Part shown: positions 57,479 to 64,000 of the stretch, piece after piece
Numbering within the stretch: the first letter of the stretch is position 1
Layout of the letters: every line of letters starts with the position of its first letter
Notes under the pieces: model-generated
Database searches by the model: none
What the model saw: the letters and a program-made list of their open reading frames with translations, nothing else
What the model was told of the DNA's origin: nothing
DNA from: a virus
DNA length: 64,000 nt
Direction: 5' to 3' (one strand)
Virus record (IMG/VR): IMGVR_UViG_3300045988_112441
Position numbers and translations under genes: made by a program

Positions 57479-57678
57479 TTCTCCTCTGTCTCACTCAGTT
57501 TCTTTTCAAAATCTTCGAGTTCTTCATAATCTTCATCTGTGAGATAATCGTCGATCTCAATATCCAAAAGGATATAACACTGCGCCTGCAAAGCAACATA
57601 CGCATCATCCGCACTCATTCCATTTTCAATAAGAACCTGTGCTGCTTCCATGAGTTTATCATTCATAGTTCGTTCCAT
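57475..57678 (-). CDS. Hypothetical acidic protein
   Basis: ORF track. Confidence 0.35.
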   Translation of the reverse strand: MERTMNDKLMEAAQVLIENGMSADDAYVALQAQCYILLDIEIDDYLTDEDYEELEDFEKKLSETEEK

Positions 57679-57695
57679 TTTCTAAAACCTCGATT

Positions 57696-58013
57696 TTATT
57701 TAATTTCAATATTCATTTTGCTAAATAAATATTTAGCAGATTCTTCAATCGCATCAATAGACCAAACATTAGGATTACACACACCAAGAATTTTATCGCC
57801 AGAAGCATTGTAACGTGCATCACAAAAATGCCACCAGCTATTATCGCCAGCATCATATTCATAATAAACATCCACATCAATTTCAGGGTGACCATCTACA
57901 TGATATTTAATCTGATCTTTATCATTAAATGTATCCGGTTTGTATCCACGTCCATTCCATCCAGAAGGATTCATTTTAGAAAGAAAATCTCTTGCAATCT
58001 CACGTGCCGTCAT
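57696..58013 (-). CDS. Hypothetical protein
   Basis: ORF track. Confidence 0.4.
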   Translation of the reverse strand: MTAREIARDFLSKMNPSGWNGRGYKPDTFNDKDQIKYHVDGHPEIDVDVYYEYDAGDNSWWHFCDARYNASGDKILGVCNPNVWSIDAIEESAKYLFSKMNIEIK

Positions 58014-58203
58014 AAGTTAATGCCCCCAAAATAAAAGCTTTTTCTGAATCAAAAGGTTTTAGTAACTCACATTTGTTGGTTTCTTCATTAAAAATACCAA
58101 CTGTCACACCTTCTCTTAACCAATATGAAAGTGTATCAAGAGCTTCCTTAACTTCGTCCACTGAATGATCCCATCCGCAATTTTGGATAATCATAACTCT
58201 CAC
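58000..58203 (-). CDS. Hypothetical protein
   Basis: ORF track. Confidence 0.35.
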   Translation of the reverse strand: MRVMIIQNCGWDHSVDEVKEALDTLSYWLREGVTVGIFNEETNKCELLKPFDSEKAFILGALTYDGT

Positions 58204-58218
58204 TCCCTTAATTCCTCA

Positions 58219-58437
58219 TTATATTATTATCTTATCCTCACCAAGCGTTTCGGTTTCATACGTTGCATAGACAAGCTCTGTCGGCTTGCTGTAACACATT
58301 TTCATCCAGTTAAGTTCTGCGTTACGCAGCTCTTTTGTAGGATAGACTTCATGCCCTCTATATGTATCGCCGTACATAAAGTGTCTGACAGAGTATTCAA
58401 GATGGTAATACATTATTTTTCTCTCAGCTCCTCGCAC
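58219..58437 (-). CDS. Hypothetical protein
   Basis: ORF track. Confidence 0.35.
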   Translation of the reverse strand: MRGAERKIMYYHLEYSVRHFMYGDTYRGHEVYPTKELRNAELNWMKMCYSKPTELVYATYETETLGEDKIII

Positions 58438-58610
58438 ACTTTAGCAATGATAGCAAGACCATTACGACGAAAATCAGCATTGTAAGGATTTTGTGCCATA
58501 ATATCTAGCGAATGCAACAAATTTTCTAAATCAAGGTTATACTCAACACCTGCTACATCGCAAAGCGTCTCCGTCATTTGTTTAATGTCATATTTTATAG
58601 TAATTCTCAT
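58413..58610 (-). CDS. Hypothetical protein
   Basis: ORF track. Confidence 0.35.
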   Translation of the reverse strand: MRITIKYDIKQMTETLCDVAGVEYNLDLENLLHSLDIMAQNPYNADFRRNGLAIIAKVCEELREK

Positions 58611-58625
58611 AATAAAACTCTCCTT

Positions 58626-58862
58626 TTACATCAATTTGTTAGAAATATCAAATGCTTTCCATCTGAAACCAAATTCATCCGTCCAAACCTGTGCCTCGAG
58701 TTCGTCACTATCATAATAAGCCAGAACATTAGGAAGGTCAGAATACATTGCATGGCATTCTTTCGAATCATCCACGATATATTTCATAACTTCTTTTTCG
58801 TTTTGAAAAAACTCAGGCTCAAAAATTTCACCTTTAGAACCACATTTGATAACACACCACAT
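58626..58862 (-). CDS. Hypothetical protein
   Basis: ORF track. Confidence 0.4.
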   Translation of the reverse strand: MWCVIKCGSKGEIFEPEFFQNEKEVMKYIVDDSKECHAMYSDLPNVLAYYDSDELEAQVWTDEFGFRWKAFDISNKLM

Positions 58863-58865
58863 AAC

Positions 58866-59360
58866 TTATACCTTACTAAAATTTGCATTAAAAAGAATCT
58901 CATTACCATATTCAGTAAGAGTATCCTTAAACCACTTTTCGTTCTTTTTCCACCACGACTCAGCTTGTTGCGAAGTCAATACAATTCCTTTTTTCTTCGC
59001 TGCATCAATAACGTCATCGATACACCAACGAGTTTCAGCAAACTAATACTGATTTACGTCATCATCCTTTTCCTGTTCGTCTTCAATATAGTTATGGCAA
59101 TAGTTGGTGTAGAAATCCACATCAAAAAGTGTGATAGTCATATCATTGCCGCTTAATTCACGTTCAACGTCAGCTACTTCTTCTCTGAGATACAGCTCAG
59201 ACATAATACCGTCTTCATGTTCCTGAATCCATTTCTCTGTAATATTGAACTTTTTCGCCAGTTCATCGACCTCAAACACCCATGTGCCATAATTCGTGTT
59301 TTCAGTGCCATACTTCACCATATAATCAGCAATCTGACGTTCCATCATATTATCATCCAT
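58866..59360 (-). CDS. Acidic protein (paralog of 63089..63412) with a TAG stop followed by a 58-codon in-frame protein-like extension
   Basis: The ORF-track product (105 aa, ...FDVDFYTNYCHNY...VNQY) ends at TAG 59043-45. The same frame continues: FAETRWCIDDVIDAAKKKGIVLTSQQAESWWKKNEKWFKDTLTEYGNEILFNANFSKV, ending at TAA 58866-68. The extension has no ATG of its own and exactly fills the intergenic gap. Confidence 0.4.
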
Positions 59361-59389
59361 GGTATTTCCCTCCTAAAATTCAACATTTA

Positions 59390-60289
59390 TCAAAAGCGCC
59401 AGCTAGTTGTAACAACCTTTTTTGCTTCGCCTTCTTCGTATTTGTTATTTTTAATAGCTTCTTCTAAACCATTACCTGCATTGTAGGCCATACCATTTTG
59501 AACAAGATCATCTCCAAGAAAACCACCACAAGAATCAATTTCAACCCAATTGGATTCGGCGCTTTCTTCGACATCATCTTCTACAAAACCATCCTGTTCA
59601 TAAAGCGTATACCCATACACTTCACCAGTCAGATAGTTGTTATATGCCTCAACGTCAAGTTCCATATTTTTTTCAGCAATAGCTTTATTCTTTTCGTTAA
59701 AGTCAGAAAGAACAGTAACAATCCATCCAGCGCAACTTGAATCAAACGTATCATTGTAAGGATATGTCCGATCTCCGCAGCTCATCGTGATTACGCTGTG
59801 TTCGTAAATCCAAAGAGGAAGCCAAACCACTTTCTTTTCAAGCAATTTCATACAATCACGAATGGAAAAATCTCCTCTTGAATACTGAACAAGATCATCA
59901 TAAAACAGATTTCTCCAAGAATATTCTTCTTCATTTGGAATCCAATCGTTTGACTCAAAATCATTGACGCAAATTGCCCAATAATCATTATCGTCATCCT
60001 GGTCGTGATATTGAACTGCACATGTATCAAATAACTTTTTGTTTACAAGTGCATCAAGAACTTCCTTGTCGTCGCAATACTTCCAAACAAGGTTATTCCA
60101 AAAACTTTCCGGTGTATCTGCTTCAATAAAGTCTCCAAGTTTATAATTCCCATAAAAGCAAGCCATAATAGAATCATGGTCATAATCACGAGGGTTACAC
60201 TCTTCGCCATTGTCTGCCCAAATATGTAAACAATAATTTATATCGTTGTCTGTCCATTTTATGGTTTCATTATCATAGCAATATAACAT
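59390..60289 (-). CDS. Highly acidic protein (possible DNA-mimic/anti-restriction candidate)
   Basis: 299 aa, very rich in D/E with aromatic residues; no catalytic motif. Confidence 0.4.
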   Translation of the reverse strand: MLYCYDNETIKWTDNDINYCLHIWADNGEECNPRDYDHDSIMACFYGNYKLGDFIEADTPESFWNNLVWKYCDDKEVLDALVNKKLFDTCAVQYHDQDDDNDYWAICVNDFESNDWIPNEEEYSWRNLFYDDLVQYSRGDFSIRDCMKLLEKKVVWLPLWIYEHSVITMSCGDRTYPYNDTFDSSCAGWIVTVLSDFNEKNKAIAEKNMELDVEAYNNYLTGEVYGYTLYEQDGFVEDDVEESAESNWVEIDSCGGFLGDDLVQNGMAYNAGNGLEEAIKNNKYEEGEAKKVVTTSWRF

Positions 60290-60308
60290 ATTTAAAATCT
60301 CCCTTTTA

Positions 60309-60503
60309 TCAATCTTTTTCTTTCACAAAAATCATCAGCATATTGAACTCTGGTGTGATGAAGTCAACCGTGTAGCGTCTTGCTTCTGAAATTTCAAGAA
60401 GAGAATTATTATTGTAACATTCAATTTCTTCGCCTGAATTACAATCACAAAGCGTAAAGCTAATGTCATCCGGAATAATTGAAAGTAAAGTAAGCAGTTC
60501 CAT
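60309..60503 (-). CDS. Hypothetical protein
   Basis: ORF track. Confidence 0.35.
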   Translation of the reverse strand: MELLTLLSIIPDDISFTLCDCNSGEEIECYNNNSLLEISEARRYTVDFITPEFNMLMIFVKEKD

Positions 60504-60516
60504 ATTCCATCACCTC

Positions 60517-60789
60517 TTATGCACTAGCCTTTTCTTCAAAAGCGTACCAATCAGACCAAATCTTATCGACCTCGCCATTCTTAAAACCGTTCTTGTAATC
60601 AGTGAACTCAACATAATAGTTGCTTGTCCACTCATTCAGATAGTGTTCATAGATGGCTGCGACTCCACGCTTTGTTTCAACGACAAAACTATCAACCAGA
60701 ACACCTTCAACATAAGCACCAGTGTATTGTGCTTTATTCTGGTGCATCCAACGGCCAAGAGTACCCGCATCCAAATAAAAACGTGTCAT
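60517..60789 (-). CDS. Hypothetical protein
   Basis: ORF track. Confidence 0.4.
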   Translation of the reverse strand: MTRFYLDAGTLGRWMHQNKAQYTGAYVEGVLVDSFVVETKRGVAAIYEHYLNEWTSNYYVEFTDYKNGFKNGEVDKIWSDWYAFEEKASA

Positions 60790-60802
60790 AATTCATTCTC
60801 CT

Positions 60803-61051
60803 TTACTCTGCAATCATCATAGCAAGAACCGGCTCGCCAGAATCCTTCAATTGAAGTTCTAGAATATCACCATCATCAACGATTTCGCACTTATTAAGAT
60901 AATCTTGAAGGAAGAACATCTGACATTCTTGCCAGAAGATTTCTCTCGGGTTTTCGTTCTCATCTACAAATACATCCTTGTGATGGAAAGATCCGTTCCA
61001 AACCCAACTTTCACCATCAAAACAAGCGTGGACTTCTCTCAGATCCCACAT
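60803..61051 (-). CDS. MWDL-family small protein (tandem paralog 1)
   Basis: Starts MWDLREV. Upstream region shares ATCCCACATAGTTAATCCTCC with the next copy. Confidence 0.4.
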   Translation of the reverse strand: MWDLREVHACFDGESWVWNGSFHHKDVFVDENENPREIFWQECQMFFLQDYLNKCEIVDDGDILELQLKDSGEPVLAMMIAE

Positions 61052-61053
61052 AG

Positions 61054-61299
61054 TTAATCCTCCAAAGTTTTAGAATGTCTTAAAATAATAATTTCTTTCA
61101 TTTCTTCTTTATCTCTTGCGGTAGGAAGAACAAAAAAGGAAGAATACTCTGGAAAATAAAAAGAAATACAAAAACTAAGTATCATATACATGATTGTGAA
61201 GTAATGACCTGTTTGTTTGTTCTTGAACTTTGCTCTTCCGATTTTATATTCTTCAGAGTATTCATCTTTAATTAAATCCCACATAGTTAATCCTTCCAA
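61054..61299 (-). CDS. MWDL-family small protein (tandem paralog 2)
   Basis: Starts MWDLIKDEYSEEYKIGRAKF. Confidence 0.4.
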   Translation of the reverse strand: MEGLTMWDLIKDEYSEEYKIGRAKFKNKQTGHYFTIMYMILSFCISFYFPEYSSFFVLPTARDKEEMKEIIILRHSKTLED

Positions 61300-61508
61300 A
61301 AGTTGAGTTTCTTTTTGATTGTCATCTCAATTTCGTCTTTATCACCGTCAGATAGAATCTTATTATCGTACTCGGAATAGCAAAACATAACGCTACGGCC
61401 ATTATATTTATACATAACCATTGCTGTTTTTAATTGTTTGTCACGAAAAAAGGTTGCACACCCAATTCCATATTTTTTAGAATATTCATTTTCAACTAGA
61501 TCCCACAT
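61287..61508 (-). CDS. MWDL-family small protein (tandem paralog 3)
   Basis: Starts MWDLVENEYSKKYGIGCATF. Confidence 0.4.
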   Translation of the reverse strand: MWDLVENEYSKKYGIGCATFFRDKQLKTAMVMYKYNGRSVMFCYSEYDNKILSDGDKDEIEMTIKKKLNFWKD

Positions 61509-61512
61509 TTTA

Positions 61513-62025
61513 TCACCTCAAAATCTCCTTGAGCATCTTTACCATACCTTCGTAATCTTTATCATCGGCACCCAGCATACGAACCGTCATATCAAAATCA
61601 ACTGTCTGACAATCACTGAAATCGTATTGTTCAATATCATTACTACAAGTGTCAGGGTAATGTTCTTCGAGCCGGTCTTTCGTACCACAGTCACAGAAGG
61701 TTCCAGAATAATAATCACTGGCCGACTCACCTGTTTTCATATACACACGGATACCATCTGTGACAATCACTTTAGCGAACCGCTTCATATCTTCTGGCGT
61801 AAAGGTCTTATCCATAACATCATACGAATAGACCATGTAACAAGTTTTATCAGGCTCATAAATATCCTGTTCCTTATCTGCACCAAACGCTCTAGCGTAT
61901 CCACCAGCCCATCCACCACAAAACACAAGAATTTCTTTTCCCGCTTCGATAGCTGCCATATATTCCTCTTCAGGAATCGCTACAATTCTTCCGTTAGGAA
62001 AAATAAAACCTTCAAATTCTCTCAT
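61513..62025 (-). CDS. Hypothetical protein
   Basis: ORF track. Confidence 0.4.
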   Translation of the reverse strand: MREFEGFIFPNGRIVAIPEEEYMAAIEAGKEILVFCGGWAGGYARAFGADKEQDIYEPDKTCYMVYSYDVMDKTFTPEDMKRFAKVIVTDGIRVYMKTGESASDYYSGTFCDCGTKDRLEEHYPDTCSNDIEQYDFSDCQTVDFDMTVRMLGADDKDYEGMVKMLKEILR

Positions 62026-62029
62026 TTTA

Positions 62030-62239
62030 TCACTCCTCTGCGTCTTTTACCGTAACACTATCAATGTCCGTCGGATTCGGATTATCTGGTTCAATCTCAC
62101 CGGCAACAAATCTATCTTTCGCAATTTCATAAGCATCATCTTTGTTGTCTGCTTCTACAAACGTTGTGTAAGTAACTCTTGTTTCAATAGTAACGTAATA
62201 GCCGTTCATTTTACACACTCCCAACATTCTTGAATCCAT
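62030..62239 (-). CDS. Hypothetical protein
   Basis: ORF track. Confidence 0.35.
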   Translation of the reverse strand: MDSRMLGVCKMNGYYVTIETRVTYTTFVEADNKDDAYEIAKDRFVAGEIEPDNPNPTDIDSVTVKDAEE

Positions 62240-62483
62240 AAAGGCTATAACCTTTACATTTGAAATACCGCATCGCTTTGTTAATCTGAGAAGAGCTTGC
62301 TGTCGAATGGCTTTTTAGGTATGTATTCTTATATTCACACAGCTTCTTATACTCATCACTTTCACGATGGGCTTTCAGCTTTTTGCAATGGTCGTGGCAA
62401 CCAGGATAACGCTCCGGTGCCACGCAATAATGGCATGGATCAGTCAATTTCTGCCACCTCCCCAGCTTCATAAAAAGCAACAA
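62211..62483 (-). CDS. Cys/His-rich zinc-binding protein
   Basis: CHYC...CHDHCKK. Confidence 0.35.
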   Translation of the reverse strand: MLLFMKLGRWQKLTDPCHYCVAPERYPGCHDHCKKLKAHRESDEYKKLCEYKNTYLKSHSTASSSQINKAMRYFKCKGYSLYGFKNVGSV

Positions 62484-62622
62484 CGTAGGATTGAGCTATT
62501 CTTTTATCCTTCCATCTATACGGAGTAATAATAACCTTGCCGCTCATCCATGTTTGTTCAACATGATACCAGCCATCAATATAAACAATCTTCATTCTTT
62601 TGTATTTCATATTCCACCTATC

Positions 62623-62910
62623 TCATTTATTAGACTTGCACTGATATTTGCGTTCAATCATCTCTGCATCAGCGCAAGTCATACCGTAATACCAACGCAC
62701 ATCAACAACGGATTCAACCCAGTTTCCAGTCTTGCGGTTCTTTATGACACGAACCTCTTCAACATCTTTGTGAATCTGTGTGCCTGGCTTCGGGAGATAA
62801 GTCAAAACACTTTCTTCAGAATGTTCCAAATCGTAAGAGCCAACAAATGTGCAATCACGTTTGATCAAATCAAAAATTTTCTTGCGGTTCTGTTTAGACA
62901 GGTTTCTCAT
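62623..62910 (-). CDS. Hypothetical protein
   Basis: ORF track. Confidence 0.4.
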   Translation of the reverse strand: MRNLSKQNRKKIFDLIKRDCTFVGSYDLEHSEESVLTYLPKPGTQIHKDVEEVRVIKNRKTGNWVESVVDVRWYYGMTCADAEMIERKYQCKSNK

Positions 62911-63092
62911 ATTGCAAACTCCTTTTCTCTTGTAAACTTAATCACCAACGCATTCACGTTGGCTGCTTCAATCGTGCTTGCTCTTGCATCCTCGTGATTG
63001 CCAGCTCTGAGGAACGAAACACTCTGATCCATCAGCTTACGCCGATATGAAGAAAGAGCTGCGAGAACGATATTCTTTTCAGTGTTGGTCAT
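62907..63092 (-). CDS. Hypothetical protein
   Basis: ORF track. Confidence 0.35.
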   Translation of the reverse strand: MTNTEKNIVLAALSSYRRKLMDQSVSFLRAGNHEDARASTIEAANVNALVIKFTREKEFAI

Positions 63093-63412
63093 ACAATCTC
63101 ACTCCAATTTTTATCCTCTACATTGGGACAAAATTTTGTATAAAAATCAACGTCAAAAGTTTTCACATAAAAATTAGAGCCTTCTTGTAGAGTACATTCC
63201 ACATCAGCAACCGATTCGTGTTCATAAAGTGAATCAAAAATCTCTCCACAATAGGCCGCAACAAACATTTTGCTTACGTTAAATTCTTTTGTGATTTCGT
63301 CAATATGAAAAATCCAATTGCCTTCTGTAGTATTTTTTGTACCTTCTTTGACCATCCATTCGGCAATCTGCTTCACAACTTTGCTTTCGTCCATTTTTAT
63401 CACCTCAATCAA
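63089..63412 (-). CDS. Acidic protein, paralog of 59043..59360
   Basis: Shares ...W.F..DE..K.FN...F...FDVDFYT.. with the 59043 gene. Confidence 0.4.
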   Translation of the reverse strand: MIEVIKMDESKVVKQIAEWMVKEGTKNTTEGNWIFHIDEITKEFNVSKMFVAAYCGEIFDSLYEHESVADVECTLQEGSNFYVKTFDVDFYTKFCPNVEDKNWSEIV

Positions 63413-63642
63413 AACTGAACCACTTCATGTTTGACTTTCTCCAGCATCTCTTTCTCTTGTTCTTCAAGACGCTCAACCTCATATAAAACGCTGTGAATAC
63501 CATAAATAATCAATTCACGATCTCGTTCACGGTTCGCTTTGTTTTCAAGGTTGCTTTTACAACTTCCTTTGCATAATTCGATTTCTCTAAGAACAAGATT
63601 ATCGATTGCGTATTTTAGAATCCGTTTATCTTTCTCAGTCAT
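63409..63642 (-). CDS. Hypothetical coiled-coil protein
   Basis: ORF track. Confidence 0.35.
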   Translation of the reverse strand: MTEKDKRILKYAIDNLVLREIELCKGSCKSNLENKANRERDRELIIYGIHSVLYEVERLEEQEKEMLEKVKHEVVQF

Positions 63643-63651
63643 ATTATCACC

Positions 63652-63819
63652 TCAATCTTCGTAAAATGCTTTCTTATTCTGACATTTGTAGAATGCAATT
63701 ACCTCGTGAACATACTCAGGATCGTCATGAATTCGCAACGAAAATACTTCGTTTGCTTTCTTTTTGGTGCATCCAAACTCCCAGCAAAACGCTTCAATAA
63801 AATCTCTCCGAATGTTCAT
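63652..63819 (-). CDS. Unlisted ~55-aa Cys-containing ORF
   Basis: MNIRRDFIEAFCWEFGCTKKKANEVFSLRIHDDPEYVHEVIAFYKCQ... Confidence 0.25.
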   Translation of the reverse strand: MNIRRDFIEAFCWEFGCTKKKANEVFSLRIHDDPEYVHEVIAFYKCQNKKAFYED

Positions 63820-63842
63820 TTTTTTGTTACTCCTGCTCCATC

Positions 63843-64000
63843 GTTACGCAAATCAAAGGCTCATCAGGATATGCTTCTTCGTCAGAAAAACACACACCCT
63901 TTGACACCCCCTGACCTGAAGTTCTTTCCAGTCTCCGAATTCAGTATTGGTATACATTCCAAAAACCAATTCGGTATTTTCGTCATAGCCAAACTCTTTC
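63843..64000 (-). CDS. Partial CDS (C-terminus only; continues beyond the window)
   Basis: ...KEFGYDENTELVFGMYTNTEFGDWKELQ... is open to the window edge. Confidence 0.3.

Noticed and set aside
1-64000. Searched for CRISPR arrays, rRNA genes and structural (capsid, terminase, tail) genes
   Set aside because: No regularly spaced repeats, no rRNA-like segments, and no large-terminase, portal or major-capsid signatures. The window covers the early/replication/accessory region only.

Overview
This window looks like the early, replication, nucleotide-metabolism and accessory region of a large dsDNA phage or prophage, apparently from an anaerobic, low-GC, Firmicutes-like host. Nearly all genes are on the minus strand in one tightly packed array. 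The absolute coordinates I derived by eye may be off by 1-2 nt; the ORF-track coordinates are the anchors.

Recognisable content, left to right:
- A tyrosine integrase, an excisionase-like helix-turn-helix (HTH) protein and flanking direct repeats.
- A nucleotide-metabolism set: FolD, dUTPase, NrdG and NrdD (anaerobic ribonucleotide reductase) and ThyX, interspersed with many small zinc-ribbon ORFs.
- A flotillin-like (SPFH) membrane protein.
- An ATP-dependent DNA ligase.
- A RecD-like helicase whose P-loop is split by an intein carrying a LAGLIDADG homing endonuclease.
- A full replisome set: DnaE, a RecJ-like DHH exonuclease, a primase, a DnaB-like helicase, a Sak4-like ATPase and an SSB-like protein.
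- Three orphan DNA methyltransferases: one N6A/N4C type, one Dam-like gene frameshifted in a G6 tract, and one C5 methyltransferase with permuted motif order that is disrupted at its catalytic Cys codon.
- A cluster of six minus-strand tRNA genes (Met/Ile2-CAT, Gly-TCC, Leu-TAG, Gln-TTG, Pro-TGG, Leu-TAA).
- An RNA-repair module (RNA ligase plus a Pnkp-like kinase-phosphatase-ligase) next to a lone MazF-like RNase toxin.
- A SleB-like cell-wall hydrolase, a dual-specificity phosphatase, a second integrase, an antirepressor and many small hypothetical ORFs.

The most unusual observations:
- An HNH endonuclease gene is one continuous 299-codon frame carrying three in-frame TAG codons.
- A second gene's frame continues for 58 protein-like codons past its TAG stop.
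Together these suggest amber (TAG) readthrough or recoding. A conserved 18-bp element sits just upstream of the ribosome-binding sites of several operons.
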